From Antedon mediterranea (lineage: Eukaryota > Animalia > Echinodermata), in contig NC_092671.1 in assembly GCF_964355755.1 (NCBI RefSeq), positions 6,510,001-6,574,000 of the forward strand: a stretch of 64,000 bases of DNA, written 5' to 3'. Below are positions 25,398-38,800 of this stretch, one piece after another. Numbering within the stretch: the first letter of the stretch is position 1; each line of letters starts with the position of its first letter. The notes under the pieces are model-generated. The model searched no databases and was not told the DNA's origin. It saw only the letters and a program-made list of their open reading frames with translations. A program made the position numbers and the translations under genes.

Positions 25398-25490
25398 ATG
25401 GAGCATCCCTTGTACGGTGGTGTAGGAGGTGCGCCAGTTCTTCATCATTATCCTGCAAGTTTACAGTCGGCTCAACATTCACCATATCAG
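25398..25490 (+). CDS. Mox: Mox/Meox homeobox gene, coding exon 1 (not in ORF track)
   Basis: Encodes MEHPLYGGVGGAPVLHHYPASLQSAQHSPYQ, then a cag|gtaaat donor in phase 0 matching exon 2. MEHPLYG resembles the vertebrate Meox2 start MEHPLFG. Confidence 0.85.
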
Positions 25491-28400
25491 GTAAATAAAT
25501 GCTAATAAGTTGTTTTTAACTCCGACAGGGTTTGTTAAAATGCACGTAAAAATAGTAGTAAGTTATACCTGCTTTATTCTTATCGTATAATATGTTTATG
25601 CCACTGATTATTATCTTTCCCTTCTATAATTAACCGTTATTAAAGATAGGTAGTTACAGTAACACAATTAGAACAATGATGCCCTAGTGTTTATTAATGT
25701 CCGCTATAGAATAAACGGTACTTTATTAGGATAGGAAAAGTACAGCTCTAACTTTACAATAGTATTTAAGATATTCTGGTATATAAAACTAGACGTGGGA
25801 CTGGAATATAAGATAGGATTGTGATACATGCAGTACAGTATATTAGATATTATATAGATGTTTTTTGGGGGGTTTACGACCGTACGGCGTAGACACGTCT
25901 GTGAGGGGTAATTAAAGCACGTGCTTACAGTTCGAAAGTCAAAAGTAAATATTAAAATAATGAAAACTTCAATATAATGTGATTCAATTTGTATTGAGTT
26001 CAATTGAAAGTATGTTGACAGATGTGATTAATGGTGGTATCAATTCTTACCATGTGCTTACATTGTATTCCAACTTATATGTTTTTCTCAATATGATAAA
26101 GATATTAACAATGCCATAACAATCATCAATGATTGTAATTAGGTAATTTATGATGATGTTGACAACTCTTGGTTAAGTATAAAAGGTGGCAATTAGGTAC
26201 AAACATTATTAGCTATGTGCTATTGCTTTTGTACGTTTTATATACCGTAATAAATAAATAAATAAAAAAAACATGACGATGTCAAGTCAATATTCAGGTG
26301 TTATAATTCTAATTCAATTCAATTAATCTTTTATTGGTTTAATTTATATAAAAATAAAAATCGGAAAATCTTTGTTAATACACTGCAGTAGGCTAAAATA
26401 CATCAACATGCAAAAATGTTAAAAACAATAAAAACAAGTACAGACAATATTTAAAAAGTTATACAAATAAATAATGTGTATAGGCCTATACAATAAAAAA
26501 AAGTTGGCAAAATTAAAAAATTATAATTCTCTTCTTTAAAATTACTGTACAATCAACCAACTATTAATTTAAAACAACAACAGAATAGTAAGAATGAGAC
26601 AACTTTTTAAGTTGGAACCCATTTTTTAATCTTTAGTAACATTATGCCTCATTGGTTATCCAAAATTATTAAAGATAAACAAGCCCATAATGCGATTAAT
26701 CATTTGTATGTAACACAAAAAGAAGAAAGGAAAGCAACAATGGAAATGCTTAGTTCTTTGTTTATAAATCCTGTATTACTTTTGGCACTTTATATCAATT
26801 GTACATAACTTAGTTAAAATCTTCTTGTAAATAGGCCTATTGTTAAATCACTTTATTTTACTTTTATTTTAATTAATCTGGAGCAGGGAAGAGTGGAATT
26901 ATACTATTTCCTGCTCTGGACGCATCTTTTCTCAAGAAGTGTGCCACTGTTTCAAAAGTATAGCTTCTAAATAATGTTTTATTTAATTAGTACAATATGA
27001 TTATAATTATATTAAAATAAACAGAATAAAATTTATTATTAAATAGACAATTTGTATTAAGAAGGCGTAATTTAAAAGTCAGTTAAATGTGAATGCAATG
27101 AATTAGGTAGTTTCAAATTGTGGTACAGTTTAATAACAATAATATTTATAATTCAATAACTATGCCGGGAGTTAAAACATTAAAACGTAATTACCGACTG
27201 CCACTGAACCGCGTGTACTTTTTTAGTACGTGTTTTTCTACGTTCACATCTTGAAAATTAATTTACTGTATGCTTTTTGGTTAAAAGAGGTAAGCCTAAA
27301 TCCCCGTGTTTCCTCCTTCGTTTTAGGCAGGTCCCCAAACGCAAGGACCGGTGATAGCGACGTACAAGCCGCATGCTGGCGAGCACAGCTGGCGGGCTTC
27401 AAGTCGTTATTGGTAGTTAAGTAAGGTTGATAAAAATATCGTTATTAATTTGATAATAATTATCCTAAATTGTATTAAATACCAGGAAACATTTAGACAA
27501 TATTTTTGTTATTGATGAATTGTGCTTTCAGTTTATTTAAAATTGCGGGCACAATTTTACTTATTGCAGTTTTAAATTTGTGTTTAGGCCTAAACTTGAT
27601 TACTTAAATATTCACTTTCACCGCCTACGATAGTCAGTCAATGCTTCTGTTTGCAGAGATTTTAATTAAACTTTGTACACAACACGTGTTTTTTAGGAAC
27701 ATCGTTTTTTTTGTGGTTAAATTTATTCCGGGTTAAAATCCTAAAGTAAAAATGAAATATATATCGTTTGATTTTTTTTTAAATGTGTTTTTCTGATAAT
27801 ATAGTTTAAAAAGAAATTTATTATACAGTTAAACGTTAAAACATTACGTTTTAAATACAATTGCATTAAAACATTATACTATTAATTTCACTATTTAGTT
27901 TAAATGTTCCTGGTCGTACACGAAATAGACATTTATTGCATATTCCTTTTAGCCGTGTCGACTGTACTAAGAGGGGACTTTTTCATAGACTACCTTATAC
28001 ATTTAATAATCTAAATAGCAATCATATCGATATTTTTAATGATAGACTTGGTTATTTTAAGAGGACGATTATGTGTTCACTTCTTGAACAGCCTGCATAA
28101 CCTGTTTTAATTGAAATTGTTTATGGCATGCCAATCTATGTTTTATATATATATATATATTTTATCTGTATTTTATTGTTAACCGTTTTTGATGTTGTAT
28201 TGTTTTATGTTTCAAACCTGTTAGTGGCGGTATTTATCGCTGTTGGTTTCGATTGAATAAAATAAAATAAAATAAAATATTATTAAATAGTATGGTTTAG
28301 AAACACGGTACAAATTGCTTTATAGTTCCTAAAATTAGTAATAATTAGCAAGGTTTGCAGTTTGATAATTAAAATCTATTTACAATTAACTTATATTGAA

Positions 28401-31016
28401 AGTAAACAATATGTTTTTATTATTTTTATTATAAACTAAAGCTAAAGGCTATTTCACAATCACAACTCTCTGACGCGTGTACGTATATAGATAAATGAGT
28501 ATCATTTCCATAATGATAACAGCAACAACACATGAGATAGATATTTCAAACAAAACAAAATGGGTACAGTTATAAGGACAGTAAGTAAATTAAATAAACA
28601 TTCAATATTTTAAAAAACCACTGATATTAATGTATGAATTCAGTGAATAATGCGTAAAGATATTTTGTTCACCTAAAAAATAATTTTAATGTCACATGAC
28701 AGTTATTTACTTTGACCAAAAACTGGATCAAACAAAAATTATTTACCGAAAAAATGTAATTTAAAGCAAAAAATACTTAAATTGTCTGTCAGTGTCAGAC
28801 AATGTTTTTTTGTTGGTTAAAATTAACTTAAGTGTTTCTTTTGACTTTTTATAAGTGAAATAATTATTTGGTTTTTTTTTTCTATGGAAGTGAATACATT
28901 AATTAAAACTGCAAAATGGGCTATTAAAAGTCTGATTTTATAAATTTATTTTTCATGATTTTTGGAGACAATACATAACATACATTGTTTATTTCGTATA
29001 CCGTTATACCTTAGGATATAGTATTTAGGTTCATCTTAATGCACGTGTTTGTTTACAACTCGCCAATGACTGTCTGGCCTAATTTTTTTTAAATTGATAA
29101 TCCTCCAATCGATTTTCCTCAAAACCAAAATGAGATATCCAGATTCGAATTATACCGACGCAAAACTGAAAATGTCACTGGAAATCAGCACGTGACAAAA
29201 CAAATCAGTTCCTTCTTCAGAATGGATAAAAAAAGATAGATTTATTAAACATTTTGGCCAATTAAGTTCTGCTTGATTTCAGTTCATCGCCTTAATGCAT
29301 TTCTAAATGGCGAATCTAATTATACCACGTTGTTTTACACAGGACCCGTTACGTTGTGTACACAGCGAACTGTTAATAACTAGCCACCGGTAAATTTCTT
29401 AGTTGGTAAATAAAAAACCCTTTTCTACGTTCCTCATCAAAATGAAAGAGCCGCATGCTTACTTAATCTATTATCTATTTAATTTAATGGCTGAGGCCTA
29501 TTGTGTAACAACATAATAGGAAAACAAATTACAGTTTAAATACAGTCTATCAACATTGCTTGATTATAATAATTTGTAAATTTTTACGTCAAAAGGCTGT
29601 ATAAAGTATATTGTTTGTACAAATTTAAAACGATATTTTGCACATTAAGCTTATTTAGTACATCATTTTTATCAGGTAAATTTCTTTGTCGTCTGAATTT
29701 GTGTCGGTTTTTATAAATCATTCTTGCTCAGAGATTTAAAAACCTTAATTCTATAGCAGTACCAAAAAGTGCAATAATTTTCTACTGCATTTTTTTGAAT
29801 AACATTTTGAACCCTTCACTGGCGAAATGATGTTACATACAATCATGTGTATAACAAATTCTTAACAAGAAAATGCGAGAAAAACAGATGTAAAGGCAAA
29901 TTCATGAATTAAAAAAACAAACAATTTAAATATCATTTTTAATTTATTTTAAAATTTTATAAATTTCAGTGAATGTAAATTAAAATTTACTGTACTTTTT
30001 ATTATCTTACCGAAACCATTGGACATTTATTTGGAAATGTTTTATAACTGTAATATTATATAACAATGATATTAATAAGTTTGTTTTCGTTAGTTTTCAC
30101 ATGAGTCGATGGTCGTCGTTATATCCCTATTGTTATTGCAACACATTCTTTAACGTTATATAATTGTTATACGGTAATAATAGAGATCCTCGAATATTCT
30201 TCTTTGTCTTTTTCACATGAGCATTGTATAGGCACGTGTTCCAACGTGCGCTATACGTAGTGGCAATATACAGAGAACAAATCCGAGTAGTTAAACTATT
30301 AAATATTAACCAACTCGATAACAATGAATAGCGCCTATAGTTCTTTTGTCAGTAAGACTGCTTTGTGTACACAGAGTACCCATTGTTAATAAAGGTTGTT
30401 CACTTTATTACAAATTATTTTATATAAACAACAATATAAATCTCAATAAACAAGTGAAATGGACACGGTCAGTTCTCTTCAACATACTACAAATGTACTT
30501 TATAAAAACGTTGGAAAAATATGACCAATAACCTGACTATTCAGTGAAACCAGCAAAAACTAAATTTATCCTAAGTAATGTATTTACTGGTTTTGGTGTA
30601 TACAATGCAATACGAGGTTTTTTTTTTACTATACCTACCTAGGCCTATCTCATAAAGCAGATTTTTTTTTAGCAATCAAGGTGAAACAGCAAATAAAGTT
30701 CCTCTAGCATATCGCCTGCCATAAAATTTAAATAACCGTACATCTGGTTTGGTTTTATCCCTCAAAATCGTAAAAGCTTATAATCAATGAATTATTATTC
30801 CCATACAGTTTAAAAGCTGCCGCTAATAATCAATTGGTCCGTGATTAAACATAAAACTTGCGCATCAAAGTGTTACTTACAGGTTTACCACCATTCTAAT
30901 TCAGCCCTACAATTCTGATACAGTATAATACTTTAAATAATAATACCAATACAGAAACTAATAAGTAATAATTTCGATATCAAACACAGATAGATCTGAA
31001 CCAATATACTGGTTTT

Positions 31017-31270
31017 TACAAAGTGCGACAATTATTTACAAAGCGCGACAGTTGTACCGAATCTTACAAAGTGCGACAATGGGTATATTACAAAATGCGG
31101 CACAATTAATTACCAAGTGCGGCAGAATGTACTACAAAGTGCGGCAGAAAAAGTGCGGCAGAATGTACTACAAAGTGCGGCAGAAAAAGTGCGGCAGAAT
31201 GTACTACAAAGTGCGGCAGAAAAAGTCCGGCCGAATTTATTACAAAGTGCGAAAAATATATTGTGCGACA
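31017..31270. repeat. Array of ACAAAGTGCG(A/G)CA motifs including three 36-bp tandem units
   Basis: The unit AAGTGCGGCAGAATGTACTACAAAGTGCGGCAGAAA occurs three times; it explains three overlapping repetitive ORFs. Confidence 0.9.
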
Positions 31271-32105
31271 GTACACTACCGTATAAATAGCATGAAAAGC
31301 AAACATTTATAAACATTTATGTTATCTTATCGATTTATTTTACTCTGAAAAATAAAAGTAATGAAAATGGAGAGAAAAAAAAACACCTTTAACGTTATTT
31401 TGGATCTGGAAATTTTAAAGTAATAATACCCAAATCACAGGACAAAAGATAATCATTAAATGATTATCTTTTCAAGTAGAAATAAGGCTCAGAAAATGGC
31501 TGCCTTTGACACAATAAGAACAAGGCAGGACAAACACTCGTTACGATATTAAAATTTATAGCGACGCCAGATTAGACAATTTCTCTGATGTCGAATTCTG
31601 TAAATAATTAATAAGGCTTTTTCTCTTGAAGCTCATTGGGTCACAAGAACTTTTTTATTTTAAAGTAGTTTGGTTGTTGTAAGTTGTTTTGTGTGTCAAT
31701 TACCCGAAAATGTCACTTTGATTTTATTATTGCGTACAATCTGCACATGTGAACATCGTGGGAATTATAATAATTATGTTTAACGAATACTGCACTTTAC
31801 TTAGGGCCAATATGGTAAACTGTTCTTTATTCGTTCGAAATTGTTTTTGGATTTGTAATAGTTGATGACAATTCAGAAATTATAACTATATAGACTTTAG
31901 ATTGTAGTATATTTAGTATTATATAGTGCTGATTTGTTTATTGTTATGTTTTTGTATCTATAGAACCGTCTGATTTGAAACTAACAGAAGATATTTATGA
32001 ACGAAATAGTGTACAGTATATTATACTTCCTTAACTTATCCATAAAATGAAAATGCTATTAAATAGTAATATTATAAGAAACGAAAATAACATTTTTCAT
32101 TACAG

Positions 32106-32442
32106 AGAGCAATAGGAGGGATGCATCATATATCAGCCATGGCCTACAATCCTCACACCGTACCGACCTCGATGCAATACCAGCCAGAATGGGGTATACC
32201 AAGCACGATGCCCACGGGCACGACGGCACACACCGTCACCGCACATACGGGTATACCACCAGGAATGGGATTGTGTCACCCCATACACAGTAATGAATAT
32301 CTATCATCACCCCCTCCGTTAGAAAGCAGTAAAGGACGGGACGTGGATTCCTCACATCATGATGTCGATGACTTATCGGTATCTACGAGCCCAGGCGGCG
32401 GGATCGATAGTGACGGAGCTTCATCACCGACTAAAACAAACG
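32106..32442 (+). CDS. Mox: Mox/Meox coding exon 2
   Basis: ttacag| acceptor and g|gttagt donor. A GC-rich open frame encodes RAIGGMHHISAMAY...GASSPTKTN, a His/Pro/Ser-rich transcription-factor-like segment; phase 1 out. Confidence 0.88.
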
Positions 32443-35400
32443 GTTAGTAAATATTTCTCTACCATACGACATTAAAAAAATTCCTAAGTAAAAAGTACCT
32501 AAATGAAAGTAATTGTACAGTATTATTTTCCTAACTTTTATTTTCTTACGTTTGCCAGTAATACTTTAACCATGAGTAAATCCAACAATTTAAAATAGAG
32601 GGCACAGGTGCTGAGATCTACCTTTTGCATTTCTTGTTTTAAAATTAGGAGGGAGTGTGTGTGGGGGTGTCCGCGCCTATGGATAAGGCACTATCGTTAA
32701 ATATTGTCTCCTCTTAATTCTCGGTCTCATACCGATAATGTAGTACGGTGTATGATATTTTAGGTTTCCTTATCAATATGTAACTATTCATGTTCGAATA
32801 CAGAAGCCGGATAATACAGGAAACCAATTGAAATTGTAAAACGGAAATCGAGGTTTCTGCATCTATCTATCCATTGAAATTTAAGTCTATAGTATTTGGA
32901 GAGAATTTATAATTAAAGCTTGATTATTTAGTAGTGAGATAAAAATCTTGTGTGAGACAAAACTATGTTAATATGACATAGCAAAACCCTTAATTTTGAA
33001 GGAATACGGTAGTTCATGTTGGCTGACGATGCTCATCTGGGATTTTAAGGAAAAACTTGTTTTCAAAAGAGTTTCTAACTCTAAAATAAACTCTGTTATG
33101 AATGTAGTTTCCGTATACTGTATTATTTGATGAATGAAACTGTGAATATTATATAATGTATTAATAATATACCTATTGATTAAATTAAATGAAAATTTAT
33201 GATTTGCTGTTGTTGTCTTAAAAAGTACCGTAGTAAAAATGACCTTCCAGTTATAAATAACTCAAACCAGGAATTGTGTTTGTAAAATCGTTTTCAGGAA
33301 ATTTGATAATTTTTTTTATCAAAATGAAGTGTTCCGCACTTGATGCCTTTTTTAATGTTAATGGATTGAAAAGCGCACAGAACTGACAGTTTCAACATAA
33401 GGTTCATGAACTTCGTAGATCATTAAATCACATTCCTCATCGACGATAGTCCAATCGGGTTCAAAGAAACACCATGAACATATTCGTATTAATCCCCCAG
33501 AACCCCAGAGGTATCTACAGACAAAGCCGACTTTATCGTCCGAAAGCGTTCGCAACACATGTGCAGCCCGAATGCAATTCGATTGTTATCGTTGTCTCGG
33601 CCTTTTTTTTTTGTGTTAAAAGTTTAATATTTTATTTTATCAACACACTGGCGTTATTTTTGCCGTTTGATTGGCTAATTCATCCTCACAATTTACGTAC
33701 AGTACACTGTACGCTCGAGTTAAGAAGTGTATGCAAAACGGTAGGCTAGGGAAAAAACCCCAATAGAAACTTCACTTCGCGGTCAAATTCCGAGCGCCGC
33801 ATTTTTTAATGGGCCAAGCCATTTGATTTAAAATAGAAGCGGCAAATACAAACGAATACAAGTAGGTGTGTTTTGAAACATAACATTAACAAATGGTGGA
33901 ATTATATACAGAATATTTACATTCATTGATGAGTTTATTTCGTTTTTCAAGTTAAAAATAGTCTCTCCATTGCACTCATAAACATTGACCATTTGTATAA
34001 TATAAAAATAAAGCCATCTTTGTAAATTGACCCTTTACTAACCCTTCTTGTGGAAAATCTCGATTTTGATTCCTGGCATCCGGATCGCGCGCATTTGGTA
34101 GGAAAGTAGGACATCCATACAGAGGACATGAATTGTGAACCGGAAGTACTTCAACGCGTACACAATGATCCAATGCCTTTTGTTGAGCATAAAGGTCCTT
34201 GGTGCCTTCGATGTTAAGGCAGAGATAAGATAAAACCAAAGTCAATCAAAAGTGTATTGGCCAGAAAGGGGACAGAAACCCCAATAACGAATACCCTCTG
34301 CCGCCTTACTCATAGGCGCATTATCTTTGAAGTTTGTGTGCGACGCAGGATGGGGCTCTTTTTGCTTGCATAATGCTTCCTTTTTGTTACACCGCAAGTT
34401 ATCGGGGTCATTGATCAGACATGCGCAGATAATATAATCAGTATAATGCCTACACCTATTTTCATTGTATTTACACCCAGTTCGCTTACAAAGATATTTT
34501 GGGAAGACCCATCTATAGCCCCTGTATAACGCAACTCAACGTTCATTCTGAAAGACGAGATACAAATGCAACCATTTGACCTATCGCAAGATTAATAGCC
34601 AAGTAAAGGTTATTCGATGCTGCTCTCGATTGGTCTTTAAAGTTGGTGAGAGTTATATATTGTCAGACCGGCAGCCCCGAGAAATTTGGTTAGATGAATG
34701 CGAACTAGTAGTCTTAGGTTCTAGATCGAAATTAGTAAGAAGATAAATATTTCGCCAGATATGGCGTTTCATACGTATAATACGTTTTCGTTGAAGGTTC
34801 CAGAAACAAATTTATCAGATGATTCCGCCTATTTCTACGGAAGACGGCTCCGTTCAATTCCTTACAGGATATAATTTTCCATTACTGAATTACACGGCAC
34901 TGTCTTCCGTTTGTGAGTGTAAATGTAGTTCCGGACGGCAGTCCGCGATGATATCGGAAACGCCACCGTTTATTTCGTGCGTTCGAGCTACATACAACTA
35001 CCGGTGTTGACCATTATCTTAATTGTATAATCGATATATTCTGGCTACACATACAATGTTAAAGACGGTGTTACGATATGAAAAAAACAAAATTGTAACC
35101 GAAATATTAATACCTTTTCATCAGCGATCATTGTGACGTGTTCAAAATGTTATGTACAGTATTCGGTTTTAGTCCAAGGCGGTTTGTATGAACATTCTGC
35201 AGTAGGTCCATTTGTGTGACCTAAAAAGGGTTTCCTTTTGTGGTAATAAAATTGTTTTGTTGTATTTATGGTCTGTTTAATCCGTACACATTGTGGTTTT
35301 CTTTCTCTAAGTATAACGTAAGAAAAAAAGTCAGGAAATAAGAGGCTTTAGAAAATGCATGGACCCATCTTGATCTTTATTATTTTAATTTATTGAACAT

Positions 35401-35450
35401 CGGTATAAGTTCAAAATCTTATATGGTTACCGTATCCGTTAGGTTATAGC

Positions 35451-35880
35451 ATGGGTCGTATTCAAGCATTCACATTTGGCGGAAGGGAAACACCCTTACA
35501 TTTAAAAAATCTCCTATCTAATAGAATTTACTATCTCATCAAGTGTGTGCTTTGTGAGTACCACTCAATCACACCATGGAGGTTAGACTTGCCCCAAGTC
35601 TGTAGTGTATTAATCCATGTTTGTCTGAAATATACAGTTTCAAGATCAAGTAGGTCTAGTATTCGTGTGGAACGCCATATATGCCAAAATATTTATCTTT
35701 TTAATAATATTAAGTCAAAAGTCCGTCTGGAACCCAGACTACATGTAGGTATACCTCCATGATCACACATACGGTAAGGGAAACACTTAAACTTAAACAT
35801 TAAAATGTTCCAGTACCACTAAGTTAAGGAGAATCATACTATTGATTGGCTTAAAAATGTTTAAGAGAAATATCTCGATT
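35451..35880. mobile_element. Diverged relative of the 18882-19052 MITE, interrupted by an insertion
   Basis: TGGGTCGTATTCAAGCATTCACATTTGGCGG resembles TGGCCGTATTCACCATTCACGCTTAGGCGG, and TTTAAGAGAAATATCTC is shared near both right ends. Confidence 0.5.
35575..35761. mobile_element. P-element-like MITE, 187 bp, 7-bp TSD
   Basis: Termini CATGGAGGT...ACCTCCATG, with ATCACAC duplicated at 35568-35574 and 35762-35768. Confidence 0.75.
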
Positions 35881-38800
35881 TATGTGATTTAGTAGGTCAC
35901 TGATCCACTAGGCATGGATAATGTACTATGTAATGATTGATATAATTATTCACAATTAATATACGTGGCGAGATAAGGTGCGACCCAAATAAAAACAACT
36001 ACCATTCCAACTACCTATACCACCACCTTTCAAATTACATTTATTATGAGGAAAGGCAGTAAATGTGTGCAGATATGTGCTGTGCTTTGTTGTGATTTTA
36101 TTTCTTATCTCAAAGGACATGTCGGCCACAAATTTACACTAATTAAGTTTTAACGAGCGACTTCAATTGTTGACAGGCAGGTTATTATTTTTCATAGATG
36201 AATAGTTATGAAATGTTAAGCGGCTACGTAGCGTGTATGTGAGATTCTTCATTCTGCACTATTAGTCCCTAAACGTTCAAATAGCTTATCGTTGAACCAA
36301 CATCCGTATAAAATTCCCTCGACGTCTTCTGGTAGTTAATCAAATAGTGTGCATTGCTCACCACAATAATATATCACAATTTCGATGGAGAGAGGATATT
36401 TTGGCAACCGGAATCTGCCCCGGTACTTTAATGATCTTAACCCATCAGTCGTCAATCATTTTGCAAAACAAAGGCATCCTAAAAGGTATCTCCCGAGAGT
36501 AGACCTATCCCTAATCATGTTGATACCTAGTATATAATTTGACTATACACGGGACTATACACGACAATGTATTTAATAATCCACCTGGTCTAGGCTGAGA
36601 GTTCGTAATTAAAAACGTATCCAACAAACGTAATAAATGCTCCCCACTATGTATAATTTCTAGGCCATTCTCTTTTAAACTACGACGATGAGAAATAATG
36701 ACAGTAATTGGCATATCTTCTTTTAATGTTTATAATTGTTATGTCTCTATATGGGGCGTATGCAAGTAAGCCTAACACCGATTTTATTCAACAGGTTTAT
36801 CATTTTCATTGAGTTAACTTAAAAGAAAACTCATTTGTAGGAATTTAGGAACCCGAAGAAGTCTAATTATCGTTTAATATTCATTTAATATTCATTTAAA
36901 TAAGGTACTTTGTGATGTATTATAAGATAATAATGACTTCCCAACCCGGCACTTATATTAGTCAAAAGATGCGCTCGTATGACATGCGGTCAGAGCTATT
37001 ACAGCATTATAAACTTTGAAATATGACGGGATTTATTGTTTATAACGGGTCTAGCTGTACAACATTCTAGCGGTGCGACCCACCACAACGAGCGGAATGC
37101 ACTAGAGGTTCAACTTCGATACGGTAACTAGCGTGCGACATTCTGGGTACCATACAGGACGACTAAAATAAATCACCTATAAACGTAGGCCTGATGTCCA
37201 CCCCCTAATTTCTAGGTAGAAAAACTCACCGTACAAGCTAATATATTTTATGTAATTTCTTTTTTAATCGGCAATAAATAATATTTTTTAAGATAACCAT
37301 TAATATTGTTCCCCAAGGTTTATAATGTTCTTTTGTTGTTTCTTGGCCGATTTCAGCTCGGCATGTTTCGTGTACTTACTTAAGGTGCGCACTTTTGTTT
37401 TGGTGTACGCACTTCAGTATTTTACAAATTCTACACTTTATTTAGCCTTAAGTCGTTATATCAAGCTATTCCGGCTTGAATGTTCTTTGGTGACCTATAA
37501 TTGCATGCGTAAATGAGATTTAAAATGCCCTAGGCCTATACAGTAGTTACTTTATCGTACAATATAGTATAATTATTAACTTTCTAGACAAAACTTAGAC
37601 ATTTTGGCGCAATTTTTACCGCAGTCCACCAAACGTCACTCATCAGCTCTTAACAATGGACATGTTTGAAATTAATTACAATTATCCATTTACACGGACT
37701 ATAAATTATTTATAATAAAGTTGTCTAGTGTATTGTCAAAACGCAACGGATCACATCCTTTTATAGTTTAAATCTGGTTAATATTTAAAAGATATCAATA
37801 AACAATGATTACTGATAAACTCGCTTTTGAAATAGATAAAACCAAATTATTATTCACTGGATGCTAATGTTATAAATAATTAGGTGAAGAAACGGTTATT
37901 TCCCATAGAATGATTTCATTCATATCCATACGTTAAAACTAAAAAAATTACAATAACATTTTTTAAAAAGACTAAACTATAGTTCACATAAAAACAGACA
38001 AGAAATGTACAATTTTAAAAACTTATTAGAATGGATAAAATATATAAATATTGCAATAATAAAGGAAACGCTTCAAATAAAAAATTACATAAGCAAACAT
38101 TTTTAGGAAAAGAGTAAAAAATCTTCAAAATATGAAAAATCGACTCTTCTATTTCGTCATCACATATTAGAACTTTTTCGACAAAAAATAAAGAAAATCC
38201 ATAATAATAAAATGTAACTTGAACAGAAAACACAGATTAAGGGGTGGTTGATGAATAATGTATTTTTTTTCAATAACGCTGTTTAAAAATCAGTTATTTC
38301 CTTTTCATGTTTGTTTTGGTTTATGTTGTATTCCGATCTTTCATTTCTCGATTCTCATCATATTGTACGTTATACTTCCTTAAAAACCATAAACCAATTT
38401 CTATTCATTTTTACCATATTTTATTAATAACTTGCAATATTGATACCAAACTAAATGGCTAAACCAAATGTTATATTCATCTAGAAAGCATAGGTCTATT
38501 TATAGCCTGGGAATTGTACTGACAATGTCATTCTTGATGTAACTTTATATTGATGTTTAAATGTGAGCGGTCACTGATTTGAAGTGTTTCCAAGGGTAGG
38601 AGTGTCGACTTTGACATGGGTCTTGTCTTTTAAAGTAAAGACATGACCTAATGAGGTCTTTATGTTGAAAGCTGAGTGGCAGATTATTTATTTTAACTGA
38701 AAAGTTGAAATTTTATTTGAAATAGAATACTATATACAGCGGATCAATAGTTGCAAATGGTGACGTCATCGTCCTGTCCTGATTGTTCTCTGACCTGGCG

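Noticed and set aside
31052-31316. Three overlapping repetitive ORFs
   Set aside because: Artefacts of the 36-bp tandem repeat.
32121-32447. ATG 32121 as the Mox start and TAG 32445-32447 as its stop
   Set aside because: An in-phase acceptor lies at 32105 and a donor at 32443; splicing to the MEHPLYG exon and the homeobox exons gives a continuous 310-aa protein.
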